Source: Octopus vulgaris
Taxonomy: Eukaryota
Length of the DNA stretch: 64,000 bases
Direction of reading: 5' to 3'
Assembly (NCBI GenBank): GCA_951406725.2
Contig: OX597815.1
Location: 176,824,001-176,888,000, forward strand
Both the position numbers and the translations under genes were made by a program. Position 1 is the first letter of the stretch. Each line of letters begins with the position of its first letter. Below are positions 13,491 to 26,054 of the stretch, piece after piece. The notes below the pieces were generated by a model. The model did no database searches. It was not told the origin of the DNA and was given only the letters and a program-made list of their open reading frames with translations.

Positions 13491-13984
13491 ATGCCTATGT
13501 ATGCGTGTGTCAGTGTGACATAATCACACGCACACACTGTTTGCATTTTCTGCTGTTTGCATATTTTTTTCCCATAAATAGTGAGTTCTATTTGTTAGTT
13601 CTGTCCCCCCCCCCCCACTACCATGCTTGGCATGTTCTAGCGATGTAAAATGCAGATGTTTTACTCTAAGACGTACATAAGAAACTTACTACGATAGCTC
13701 AATAAACACTAAAGGATATATAAACATTCATTTTGTTTTTTGTTTTCATTATAATGTGCTTATAAGTTTTCTTACTCTTGTTTATTCTCATAACATGCAT
13801 TTAACTTTTGCATGGCTTACTATCGGCTATAGTAGTGTTGTGCTGACATTGAGAATAAATTTTGGATGCAAGACTGAAAATGTTTTAAGAATAATTTAAG
13901 AAAAAAATGTTCTTAGTAACTTTTGTTTTAGTTATCGTTTTCTTCTTTAGTTTCCCAGTTTAATTCTATGTTCTACTTCAGTAG

Positions 13985-16200
13985 CAGTGCTTTTCAACCT
14001 TTTTGCTGGAGCGGAACCCCAAGGAAACATTCCACTGGCTCTAGGAACCCCTGTGCAATAATTTAATTGTCTTATGCAAAAAAAAAAAAACAAAAAAAAA
14101 CCAGCATTTAATTAATGAAATGAAAATACTCATGTTCAGATTTATTTACAATAAAATAACAAACTGTAAAAAGTTGTCACGTACATATGCAATTTTATTC
14201 TTGCATCTACAGTTATTATTAAAACATGTATTAAAAAAACTTTAGTTTGAATAGATTACATTTATTCTCATCAAAAACTCAATGAGAAACTTGAGTCTGG
14301 TGTTTCTTGCACAACTCTTTAAGATTAGGTCGTGTTTTTGATAGAAACACATGAAGTTCATCTTTCACAGACAGCAATTGTGCTCGCTTCTTGTGCTTGA
14401 TGGTTGTCAGGGCTGAAAATCCAAATTTACAGAAGTAGGAGGCTGAAAACTGTACAAGAAGTCGCAGCGCTTTCTGGGCGATTGCAGGATATTCCTTTTC
14501 AACCAGCAACTAAAATGCATTCAGGTGAAGCTCAGAATGCTTCAACTTTAATGTTCTATCATTTAAAACACTGGCAAGTTCTGCTTCTGTTAATGTGAAC
14601 TGTTCTTCAAATGGCTCAAATTCCACGAATGGGTTTCTAATCCAGTCATACTGGTCAACAGATATCGATGGAAAATATTTGTCAAGGTTTGTTGACAAAG
14701 TGTGCAAATAGTTCAAAATCAGTAGCGCAGTTTCTTGACAATTCCTTTTAAAAACACTTGGGAACATTTCCAAATTTCCTGCAGCTATGCGTTTCTTCCA
14801 TATTGTCAATTTCTTCTGAAAAGCATTTATTTTGTCAGTAGAAGACAAGATATTTTCGTTCTTGCCCTGCATGCCATTGTTAGCTCATGAAATGTATCGG
14901 CAAGATATGCTAACTTGGAACACCAATGGTCATCACTCAAACATTCTACAAAGTCTTTCAGGTTTTCTTGCAAACAAAAGGTCAATAACTCTTCTCTTAA
15001 TTCGTAAAAACGAGACAATACTTTTCCCCTTGACAACCATCGTATTTCTGTGTGCTGGATTAAGGTGGAATGGTCTGCTTCCATACCCACACAAAGTTTC
15101 ACAAACTGTCGACATTTAAGTGGCCTCATTTTGAAGTAATTAACTATTTTCATTATCATATCCAATGCAGATTTTAGTTCAGGTCCAAGAGTTTTAGCAA
15201 CTAGTGCGTCTCTATGAATGAAACATTTGGATTTTGTTTTTGTGCGATTGGGACAAAGCCTTTAAGACATCCTGTCATTGCAGGGGCACCATCTGTACAA
15301 ATACCAACAGTTTTTCCAGTTCAATCCATAATACTCTAAATATGAATTTAAAACATCAAATACATCTTGCCCTTTTCTTGTTTCTAGCAACTCTTTGCAA
15401 CACAGGACGTCTTCTACAATAGCTTCATCATTAATAAAACGTACAAATACAAGGAGCTGTGATTTACCAGTGATGTATGTGCTCTCATCAACTTGAAGTG
15501 CAAACAACTTATGTTTCAGTATTTTTGACTTAATATTGCACTCAATGTCTCCTGACATGTGTTGAATGCGCCTACTTATTATGTTGATAGAAAGTGGAAT
15601 TTTATTTAGCTCTGATACAGCATCCTCTCCAAACATTATCCTCACTATTTCCTGGCATGCAGGTAAAATTACAGTTTCAGCGATGGTATGAGATTTCATT
15701 TTTCTTGCAACTATCTCCGTCACAGCATAACTTGCTTCTTGCCCTTTGTCACTCAACTTGAACTTTTGGGCAAACATAGAAACTTGCCTTTTATTAAATG
15801 CCAATTCTCTCTTAAAATATTGTTCATTTTTGCCTGACAACTCTGGATGTTTAGTCGTTAAATGTCGTTTCAGTTTGGCTGGTGCCATAGCACTATTAGC
15901 CAGCTTCTCCCCAGAAACAGTACACAAAGGTGAAGAGCAGTCTGGGTTTCCAGTCCAAATAAATCCCAGAGCTATGTAGTTTTCACAATATTGACAAACT
16001 TTTAGTTGCAGGTTAATTCCATCATTTCTTGGTAATTTCGACGAGGCAGCATCACTGGCAGTGGCTGTAGCTTCAACAGACTGCCTCAGACCATGCGTCT
16101 CTTTATCTGTATCTAACTTAGGTTCTTTTCAGAAAATCTATCCATACTTGTAAGGCTGTAAGCAGAATTGTATATATATAAAAGCAAACCTAATAGTGGC
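13985..16200 (-). mobile_element. hAT (Buster/Charlie-type) DNA transposon; only one terminus recognisable
   Basis: Terminus cagtgcttttcaacc with ggaacccc subterminal motifs at 13985-14052; transposase remnants inside. Confidence 0.85.
14279..16144 (-). pseudogene. Buster/Charlie (ZBED5/SCAND3-like) hAT transposase pseudogene
   Basis: BED finger PLCTVSGEKLANSAMAPAKLKRHLTTKH; FALQVDES; HTEIRWLSRGKVL; LAYLADTF; C-terminal dimerisation SASYFCKFGFSALTTIKHKKR; several frameshifts. Confidence 0.92.
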
Positions 16201-16295
16201 AGGACAAAATGATCTTTAAAGTGTAGCGAGTTTAATGAGTTTTTTTATTAATGTTTTTTAGTAATAGGTATTTGATTATATTTAAACAATATGCA

Positions 16296-16740
16296 TCTCT
16301 TATTATAAAAGGCAGATTTTATCTGCCTCCCTTTGTCAGTTATAGAAATCTACAATATAGGATTTCTTCAATTACAATTTACCTAGCATTTTTAAGAGTA
16401 GAATGCATCGGGTTTTGCCAGGTCCAGTTTTTAAAATTTAAACTCCAATTAAGCAAAATTTACAGAAAACTCACATTCTGGTGTGTATGTCAAATGCTTT
16501 TCTTAGTCTGGTTTACAGCACACGCAAACGCACACACACAGTGTGCAACGAATAAAGTGTAACTAGATGTAATATTTGTTTCTGTCTATCACGCTGATAG
16601 ATACATGAGTAAAATGTATGGCAAGCTAACAGATAAGAGTGAGTGAAAATGTTCTTGGAAGAGAGTAAATAGCGACAGTGATTTGAGGAAGACTAAACTG
16701 AAAGTATGAAACAGTGTTTATGTATAAACAGACGACACTT
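16296..16740 (+). mobile_element. Probable Helitron 5' portion
   Basis: a|TCtcttattataaaag resembles a Helitron 5' end; the right boundary is not defined. Confidence 0.4.
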
Positions 16741-17072
16741 ATATAAACCCTTTCGTTACCAAACCGCCCGAATTTACCTATTCATATTTAAATGAGAATA
16801 TCAGAGTAAATCTCTTTAGTACATTCGTGAAAACACGTATTATACTTCGTAAACACTTCAAATACAGTTTTGTACAAAAATCGAAGTGTAATTTTAATTC
16901 CGTGAATTATGGGAGATTTTTTTCCGAAATTTGTTCCTATTGTGTTTTCAAAATTTGTAATTCTGACAAAAAATGGATACGAATTTCATTATATCAAGCA
17001 GCGAGTCAGAATTCGAAGGATTTTCTACTGAAGACCTTCATAAATCTAACTCTATGACTGAAAAAAAAAGCA

Positions 17073-17468
17073 TCTTTATATAAGAGTGAAATTGTGTGTC
17101 TATCTCCTACGATTTAGATTCGTAACTACTCCCACATTTTGCGGTGCAGTTTAACCAAAAGCAGGTATCTTATAGTCGTGATTCATATCGAGCCCTTCTG
17201 GGTATTAGCGCGCGTCTACAAAGAGTCTACGATTTTAAAAAAATTTACCATCATATTTTTCCATTTTAATGCATTTTTTTCGCTTTTATATAAGGGAAGT
17301 AACTCTCTAAAAATATCTACGATGTGTCAACGATTTAAAAAAAAATTTACCTTAATTTTTTTTCAATTTTTAATGCATTTTTTTGCTATTTTTTGGCTAT
17401 AACTCTCTAAAAATGCTTATATAGTTATTTCCCTTACAAACCCGAGCAACGCCGGGCGATACTGCTAG
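17073..17468 (+). mobile_element. Non-autonomous Helitron
   Basis: 5' a|TCtttatataagag; 3' hairpin cccgagcaacgccggg followed by CTAG|t; inserted between A and T; internal tandem duplication about 17215-17412. Confidence 0.8.
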
Positions 17469-17857
17469 TATAATAATAAAATAGATTTCCGGATTTGAAT
17501 TTAAAATGTCGTTTATTTGTTTATTGTTCTAATTCAGAAATTTGTAAGGAATTAATATTTATGCATATTTACATATCTTATAATTTAGTATCAGTTTCCC
17601 TATTTCTTTTTTTTTTTCCTACTCTCTTTCGAATTTTTTAATCTTAACATTTGACCAAATATTAATAGACGTCATACAAGAAAAAGATTTTACAAAAACG
17701 CCTTTTAAAAAGCTAACAATCTTTTAAGAGGCGGATTAACAACAACACCTAAATGGCAGTTAAAATGTTTCTTCCAAATATAGTCACTCGTATTTTACAA
17801 AAGAAAACTAAACCGTCATCTAAGCTGGCATGCAACTCGTAGATGTGCACGTAAATG

Positions 17858-17976
17858 TACACACCAAGGATCAGGGTCATCTACGCTGGTGAGTAACTCG
17901 TAGGTGTACACGTTGTAGGCCTACATATACACACCAAGGATCAGGGTCATCTACGCTGGTGAGTAACTCGTAGGTG
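17858..17976. repeat. Direct tandem duplication, 70-bp period
   Basis: tacacaccaaggatcagggtcatctacgctggtgagtaactcgtaggtg occurs at 17858 and 17928. Confidence 0.9.
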
Positions 17977-19971
17977 GGTTTCAAGGTCGATCATAGAAGA
18001 AATTCTCGAAAAGATGGTATTTGTTGATATCATCGGAAGGTATTTCATGGAAAGAATGAAAGTTGATCTCGATGCGATTTAAACTTAGAATGCAAAGAAC
18101 CGATGTCCTAATGATTCTGTCAACAAAAATATTTCATTTTGTCACTAGATTCAACCTACTTAGGCTTACCGTTTATTTAGTTTTCTCATATTTTTTGCTT
18201 AATTATACGTTGTATGTGGACTGTGATTTTTTTCTTCTAGATTATTCATTTTCGTTAATGTTTTAAAATGTTGACCCGTGTGAATCAAAAAATAATTCTG
18301 ATAGTGTCCCTTGTTCCCCGTTGAGTTCAAATTATATTTTCCCTGGAACCCCTACTTTCGTTACATTATATATTTCTTGGTCCGTGTTAATGATTCTATA
18401 TTTACGTCGGTGGCAAAAGAAGTCGAAATTTTGTAATCCTTTCTTGGATATCAATGGTATTTCTTTCCGCAATATATCTAAGCTAACTTTTCTCTGTGAT
18501 GATATCAATTACACTAAAACAGAATCAACTGAGTGCATGTATGTATGTATGTATGTATGTATGTATGTATGTATGTATGTATGTATGTATGTATGTATGT
18601 ATGTATGTATGTATGTATGTATGTATATAACAAAAGAGGGGTTGTATTTCCAGGAAGGGAAAAATATAGGCAAATTTGTTGTTGAAAATACACCTAAATT
18701 TGAAAAACTTGTAATTGTTTGAAATAAATTTATTTACGTATATACCAATGTAGTTTCAACAATGTGTTCTGTTTATCAATGGTAAAAATTTAGAATTATG
18801 AATTCTTTAACGAATCAAAAATCAGATCCCCTCAAGGGGAAAAAATTATAAATACACCGGATTCCAAAACACACCTTTACAAGCAAAAGTTCCTCCACTC
18901 GACGGAAAGAGAATCAGAGAAATTGTAAACCGAATCCCTTCTTTTACTATCTTCATTTCTCCCTTGTTTTTCTCCCTCTTAACTCAGTATGACTGAAACT
19001 TTGATGATATTTATTTCTTGTCGATCACTACTAACACTAATGAATTTTGTGCATTTAAACAAGATGATGCACAGTTTTTATATTATTGACTCTTATGAAC
19101 ATTTAAACTTGTCAACATCGAAACTTTTACACACGTTTTTCTAAGTCATAATTCTAAATTTTTACCATTGATAAACAAAAAAATATTGCTGAAACTAGTT
19201 TGGTGTATATGTAAGTAAATTTATTTTAAACAATTACAAGTTTTTCAAATTTAGGTGTATTTTCAACTACAAATTTGCCTATATGTGTGCGTGTGTGTAA
19301 GTGTTTGTGTGTATGTATCACCAGCGAAAGGGTTCTCATTGAAAATGCTCCACCGTCCATGCGGCGTTATCAGTTCGAACAGCAGCTACTACACAGCAGA
19401 TCGTAAATTTAGGCAATTAGCTATAAATTCAACAGCTGGATAAGTTCCTGCCCCAAACACAATCAAACTTCGTTTCAAACAAAACACAGTTCATTCAAAG
19501 ATCGTAATATCTTACTAGAAGGAAATAGATTTATGATGCTTCAGGTGAAACAGTGAGATTTATTTATAGGAATTAAATTTTAGCAAATGTTTCTTAACTC
19601 AAGCAGTGACCACGCTTGCAAGTGGACGGCTTATTCTAATTTTAAACTGACACTCAATACAGAGCTAATACACATTATGTGCAATAAAATAACACACAAG
19701 GATAATGCAGTGTACAAGTTGCCAAGAGTATTTGCACTGGCATATGTTCCAATGTAGGTCAAATAAAACGTATGAAATGAGTACCCACCATCTAACTTGC
19801 GTTTGGTGCAACCCATCGCACCTACAAAAGATCGAAAGTAGCAGTAACATTATGGGTTACAGTTTTATTTCCTGGTGATTTCAAGCAAACAATATTAGTA
19901 TGTTAATCATATACATATATATGACCGCGTGTGTATCATTGGTGATATATATATATATATATATATGATTA

Positions 19972-20018
19972 ATACACGGTGAGGACAGATAACCACCCAG
20001 AAACTCGAGTCCGTGTAT
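19972..20018 (+). ncRNA. Minimal type-I hammerhead ribozyme motif (core C3G, stem II damaged)
   Basis: atacacg GTGAGGA c agataaccaccc a GAAA CTCGAG T C cgtgtat; 7-bp stem I; GUC site. Confidence 0.7.
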
Positions 20019-20325
20019 ATCACGTCGTAAGGCTAGGGATTGGAGCGATGACCTCCCCTAGCAAATACTAATCGGACACAGAATGTGTGTCGTTAGCCAG
20101 CTGGAAGAGATCTCTTCCTGGGGCTATAAACATCAGTAGCAATGTCCTGTATAGGACGCCACACTTAGCTGGCAAACATATATTTGATTCCGTACCGCTA
20201 CTGTTTATATCTGGCTCAGAGATTTGATATACCATATCTCTTTCTTTTTCGAGATCAGCGACAGCTGGTCACAAGAAAAATAGTAATTTGCGAGTGGAAC
20301 GGGCTTTCACCATTAGCTAGTGAGT

Positions 20326-20372
20326 AACACTCGCTGAGGACGGGTAACCAGCCAGAAACGCGAGTCTGTTTG
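20326..20372 (+). ncRNA. Minimal hammerhead motif (core intact, stem I and palindrome damaged)
   Basis: CTGAGGA c gggtaaccagcc a GAAA cgcgag T C. Confidence 0.65.
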
Positions 20373-20531
20373 TATCTTGTAAGGCTAGAGATGGGATCGA
20401 TGACTTTCCCTCGCAAATACACAGAATGTGTGTCACTAACCAGCTGGAAGAGATGTCTTCCTGGGGCTATAAATATCAGTAGCACTGTCCTGTATGGGAT
20501 GCCACACTTGGTTGGCAAATATATGTTACGA

Positions 20532-20623
<92 letters not shown>

Positions 20624-21355
20624 TATAAAATAAATTACACAAAACCGGCTATAAGTTGTCATTTTAGTTCAAATTGAAAAACAAGTTTCTACGTTTTGAG
20701 GACACAAGGAAATCCGGCTGCTTCTACATGTGTGCGTATGTGTACATATACATGCAAACACCCCCACACAAAAAGAAACAGAGGCAAACACTAAATCTAT
20801 AAATATGCCATATTTTCTCCGACTTTCTCTTTCCCCCCTCACACGAGATTATGAATATTTCTCAGATGATCAGATGCGCAGATACAGAATCACATGAATA
20901 TGCGATTATATATCAATAAATAACTGTATCGCTATACATCTAACGTCAATACTCTATACACACAATGGAATATTGAGTCATTGTATATTCAGCGTATGCA
21001 CGCACGCCCACGTGCCACATAGAAGCATACGCATGCCCACGTGCCACACAGAAGCATACACACGCATGCACACAATGATATGAATACTAAATTAAGCAAC
21101 TAAGCGTTTAAGAGAGGACCTCACTCGTGCATGTCTGTCATCTAACTTTAAACTACCGAGCGAGAGAGAGAGAGAGACAATTAAATTGCATTTGAAGCAA
21201 ACGGCACAATACAGAAATGAATTACATCAATTACACACATTTTGTTGTTTCATAATCACAGCTGCAAATGTTGGTTATTAAACTGGATTTAGAATCGCTA
21301 TTAACGAAAAAAGGAAGAAAAGGGAATAAAAAGCAAAACACTGTCTGACTCACAC

Positions 21356-21407
<52 letters not shown>

Positions 21408-22206
21408 CTGTAAACTTGGCAAATTAAGACCGTGATATACGGTTTATCATCAATTAGCTAACAGAAAATTAGTTTAAATTCTTATTTAACCCATAGCTAG
21501 GCTGCTGCGTAATGTTTAGAATTATTTTATTTTCTGATTGATTCTGCGTCGTTCATATGAGACGTCAAAAACACACTTATGCAAATGATGTTATCCAGTA
21601 AAGAATCAACCTGAATTATGAGTGTTTTAACAAAGCTAATAAGTGGGAGGAAGTCCAGTATATCTTTTCTCGAGAGCGGCAATACAGTACGGAACAGTGA
21701 TGAAAGAAATATAGATTTGTGTATGTATTCACATGCGTGTGTGTAAATGTATATACACTTGCGTGTATGTGTGTGTGTGCATTCGTGAGTGTGTGCGTTG
21801 TTCTCCTGAGACCCTCGTGGAGCAAAGAGTATACACCTTAGATGAGTACGTGAGTGGTGACAAAAAGACTCTTACAATTCATCTGATTGGTTGAGTAATG
21901 AAGCGATTAATCAAGTAATCGATGATGTAGTCCGTTAATCAATTGATTACTTGATCAGCAATAATAACAATCAGCCTAATATAACCTGAGCTGATATTTG
22001 TTATTAGCAAAACGCACATCCCAAGACACAACTCACACATTTCCTCTCATTCTCAAACATCAGCGTAAAACACAAAGAACAGAAATTTATTTGAAATTCA
22101 AAGTCTTTGTTGAACGAAAATTTCAACACACTTTTTCAAGTCTATTAATGTACGGAATAAGAAGTGTGTGATATACTCCTGATTGGCTGGGTTATATGTA
22201 TGAACA

Positions 22207-22590
22207 TGGAAGCACTCCGTCGGTTACGACGACGAGGGTTCCGGTTGATCCGATCAACGGAACAGCCTGCTCGTGGAATTAACGTGTAAGTGGCTGAGCA
22301 CTCCACAGACACGTGTACCCTTAACGTACTTCTCGGGGATATTCAGCGTGACACAGAGAGTGACAAGGCCGGCCCTTTGAAATACAGGTACAACAGAAAC
22401 AGGAAGTAAGAGTGAGAGAAAGTTGTGGTGAAAGAGTACAGCAGGGATCACCTCCATCCCTGCCGGAGCCTCGTGGAGCTTTTAGGTGTTTTCGCTCAAT
22501 AAACACTCACAACGCCCGGTCTAGGAATCGAAACCGCGATCCTACGACCACGAATCCGCTGTCCTAACCACTGGGTCATTGCGCCTCCAC
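22207..22590 (-). mobile_element. SINE family C, tRNA-derived (TCG at the anticodon position, Arg-like)
   Basis: Head ggaggcgcaatgacccagtggttaggacagcggattcgtg...ggtttcgattcc with A and B boxes; 11-bp TSD atgtatgaaca at 22196-22206 and 22591-22601. Confidence 0.88.
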
Positions 22591-23096
22591 ATGTATGAAC
22601 AAGAGAGGGAACAAAAAGACAGGGTGTACAAGTTTAACGCTCAGAGAAAATGGAAGAAGTTTTTAACGTTTCTGTGTGAGTTATTTTACAGAAAGGAACG
22701 AGGAGAGAAAACAGGGAGAATGAAAAATGGAGAGGAAAGAAGACGCATCTGGATTAGCGGTTGTTTATTATGCTGGAGTGACCGGAGGCGTGGGTTAACA
22801 AGGGGGACGTCCGTGACCTAACTAAGAAGTCTGCACAAGCGTGTGTATGTGTGTGTGATGATAATGTGAGTGTGATGATAACGTGTGTGTGTGTGGCTGA
22901 ACATTTATGTACGTCTCAGTGTGTATGTATGCGCGGGGGACATGCATATATACATACGTTTATTCATACATACATATATTGTACGAAAGGTACCATCCAT
23001 TCCATCTAACTTCAGGGCCAGGGTCCAGGATTCAAAGTCCCATAGCTTTTCAATGCCCTGCCACAAAAATTAAGACGTCTGCATGAGCTGGAAATG

Positions 23097-23281
23097 TTAG
23101 TTAGTTAGTTAGTTAGTTAATTTTTTGGCTCAAAAAAGCAAAAAGCAAGGCCATGTAGGGAGACATGGAGTTATGTACAGGGTGGTGTTCATGTAAAGAG
23201 TTCAGGCCACTTGTGGTCAAGGGAGACTTTGAACCGAGCGGTCGTCGGCATCTTCACTATCTCGACCGGCAGCTTATTCCA
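23097..23281 (-). mobile_element. CR1-like LINE 3' end with (TAAC)n tail
   Basis: WNKLPVEIVKMPTTARFKVSLDHKW* followed by a short UTR and a tetranucleotide tail. Confidence 0.8.
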
Positions 23282-23526
23282 AATAGATGTCTTCAAAAGG
23301 AAACTAGACATCCTCCTCTCCACAATACCGGATGATCCAACAGCCCGATATGAGGTGCAGACGAGGGCAGTGCAACAAAACTCCCTTATACAGCAAATGG
23401 GCCAACAGCAGGGACAAAGGCACATACAGGAGTGGTGATGTGAAAAACCCCAGACTGAGGAAACCAAAAGGGCCACGGTGGTCCTCCAGCATGACAGCAG
23501 CCGCTTGGTTGAAATCAGAAGAAGAA
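23282..23526 (+). mobile_element. CR1/L2-group LINE 3' end (different family)
   Basis: DVFKRKLDILLSTIPDDP...NSLIQQ, similar to the C-terminus at 30251-30600. Confidence 0.7.
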
Positions 23527-23546
23527 TATACGAATACACACACACA

Positions 23547-23600
<54 letters not shown>

Positions 23601-23688
23601 GCACATACACACAAACACACACATACATCGATCGCCAGTCGATCATATATCCGAGAATGAAGCCCGCTCGTAAAGTTAGAGCAGTAAT

Positions 23689-23829
23689 ATGAAGTTAAAT
23701 GTATGTCCGGACGTTTGAGCGACCAATGGTTTCGCATCCATAAAGCGCTTCCAGAGTCATTGGAATCTAAGCGCTTTATAGATGCGAAACCATTGGTTGC
23801 TCTACGGCCGGACATATAATTAACTTCAT
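23689..23829. repeat. 141-bp imperfect inverted repeat (hairpin)
   Basis: Arms of about 60 bp: atgaagttaa...aaagcgctt / aagcgcttt...ttaacttcat. Confidence 0.9.
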
Positions 23830-23831
23830 GT

Positions 23832-23869
<38 letters not shown>

Positions 23870-23932
23870 ATTAAAATGAGATAACAAAGCCAAGGCTGTG
23901 TGGAATTTTCAGGACATTTATAGAGAAAGTTA

Positions 23933-23980
23933 GTCTTACAGCTTTTTCTGGGATATTAAAGATATCCCTTCATCATAGAC
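23933..23980 (-). ncRNA. Degenerate minimal hammerhead motif
   Basis: Minus strand: gtct aTGATGA a gggatat cttta atatccc a GAAA aagctg T A agac. Confidence 0.6.
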
Positions 23981-24017
23981 GATGTGAGATGGTTAAATAG
24001 AAAGAAATAGTAGAGTT

Positions 24018-24067
<50 letters not shown>

Positions 24068-24075
<8 letters not shown>

Positions 24076-24668
24076 TGACCCCTCGTTATCGAGTATGGCC
24101 ATTGCACGAGGCTTAACTGTTAACGGTGTTGTGATCGAATGTAACTTTTTAGCCCAGCTAAAGATCTACAATGTCTTGTGCAGAATTGGCAACTAACACC
24201 TTTACCGGCAATAGCAGGCTGTAGTTGTAACTGGGCTTCATGTACCTTTGCATGTCGTTTAAGTCCTCCTGCCGAATTACACTCTCTTCCACATGCCTGA
24301 CATATATGATTAGTATGGTGTGTAACACCACCACCAGTGGCCAGGTAGTCACTCATCTGTCTCGCTTTATGACTACGAAGATGACTCTTGAGTCCAGGTT
24401 TACTGAGGCAGGGTCTTGCATAGACCCTGCATGTCAGCGTCATAGGAAGACCCTTCCCATCTGGAAGTGTAACAGCGATGCCCTTCCTGATGTTCCTCCT
24501 TACTTTCTCATGCGTAACTCGAGATTTCTCAAAAGTAGCTGTCCCCTCGTGCGCATTTCTTCTCCACCTGCTACGGTCAATAGATATGCCCTCCCATGTG
24601 TCAGGAGAGATGCTAGCACCTCTTAAGGAAGCCTTCAGCAAGTCTTTATACCTCTTTTTTGGTTTATG
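24068..24668 (-). pseudogene. RTE-clade LINE 3' end with three C2H2-like fingers and (TA)n tail
   Basis: KPKKRYKDLLKASL...WE...DRSRWR; CRVY..GLKSHLRSH; CQAC..GLKRHAKVH; CQFC..GLKSYIRSQH. Confidence 0.85.
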
Positions 24669-25347
24669 TGGAGAAACATACATATATACATATATATAAC
24701 AAGAAATAATATTTGTCTCTTCCAAAAGAAACAAAAGGGATAATTTAGATCAGTTTTATATAGGTAGTACGGTAAATTTTAAGGCTAAGTATGGAGTCCA
24801 CATGAGCTCGTTTTCAAATGAAAAATACTGTAGGTCTACCACGCTTGCATCTTATTTACACGGTCTAAAGAGGAATAATAAGTTATTCTCTGGAACGGTC
24901 CATTATTTCGAGAGACCCTTACTTCTGAGTCAATATAAATAAGTGTAAGTTGTATGTAAGTCTTTTGGACCAAAAACTTTGAATAGATTTACTGAGGTGA
25001 TCCCTTTTGCAACCATAGGTTTTCGTCCACCTTCTTAAGTGTATAGAAATAAAAATAGATGTAATAACATTATTTAACGTTACGGGGTTTTTGAAACCGG
25101 CGAGGTTGAATTTCTGTTAACTACAGCCACCTAAATGTTTAGCAGTAGACTTTTTTTATTAGAAAATTTGGACTCGTCCGTTTATGGGGTTCTTCTTTTA
25201 AATTATATAAGCTTTTCATTAACAAGTATAAGGTTTTCTTTAAAAAAATTTGATCAATTCGTATCTCTTGTTTCCTGTTTATCCTCATATCGCAGTGTTG
25301 CACTTTCGTATAAATAAACTGCGGCGGTGAGCTCCCGAAATGGCCAT

Positions 25348-25528
25348 AGATATATGTGAATGTTGAATTTGACCTGTGAAGTCTGCTCATTATGAACGTT
25401 TGGACGTACACGTGTGGAGGGAGTAAAATACATTTTTTCAAGATATATGTGAATTTGACCCGTGGAAGTCTGTTTACTTATGACTTTGGATGCACTTGTA
25501 TAAGGGAAGTAAAAGATTTTTTTCAAGT
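25348..25528. repeat. Diverged direct tandem duplication (about 90 bp)
   Basis: agatatatgtgaat..tttgacc..gaagtctg..agtaaaa..ttttttcaag occurs twice. Confidence 0.75.
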
Positions 25529-26017
25529 GTTTTTTTCAAATATCTTTAAAAAAAAATCTTAAGAAATATAAGAAAAAATATTTTAATCGTCTGATAAAAC
25601 ATTTTTAATCAGTGGATATTTATTATATTTGTATTTTTACCTTTACTTATTTTATATTTGTCTATTAAGTTTTTTGGTAAATTTTGAATTTTTAGCCGTT
25701 TATATTTAACATTTTTGATTGGCCGTTCTATTTGTATTATTATTCGATTATATATTTTTACCTTCTGTGATTTTATATATATGTATTATTTTTTATGTAT
25801 TTGGGGACCATGGTGATTTTTATATATGATTAAATGTTTGGGGGTGGTGTTGTATGTAAAGTCGTTGACCCAAATTTAATTTTCTATAACCAATGCTTCT
25901 ATATACATACATACATATACACTTTATTAGAAAGCATTTTTTCACAATTCATAATTTAATTTCTATGACTGTTTCAATAATGTAAAAGCATTATGTATAT
26001 AATTACATAGGTAATAG

Positions 26018-26054
<37 letters not shown>

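Larger units (their letters stand above)
19968..20525 (+). mobile_element. About 1.5-unit direct tandem (355-bp period) carrying hammerhead motifs; Penelope pLTR or retrozyme-like
   Basis: 19968-20182 aligns with 20325-20525; flanked by (TA)n on the left and (CA)n on the right. Confidence 0.75.

Noticed and set aside
14279-16144. Domesticated ZBED5/SCAND3-like host gene
   Set aside because: Multiple frameshifts and a retained transposon terminus indicate a dead transposon
22510-22590. Functional tRNA gene (also 55075-55150)
   Set aside because: The heads continue into SINE bodies, with a TSD at 22196/22591, and lack a complete cloverleaf
24855-24905. ctaaaga ggaataa taag ttattct..ggaacggtc hammerhead-like string and possible PLE remnant in 24730-25990
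   Set aside because: Both core halves are mutated and no recognisable RT or GIY-YIG motifs are present
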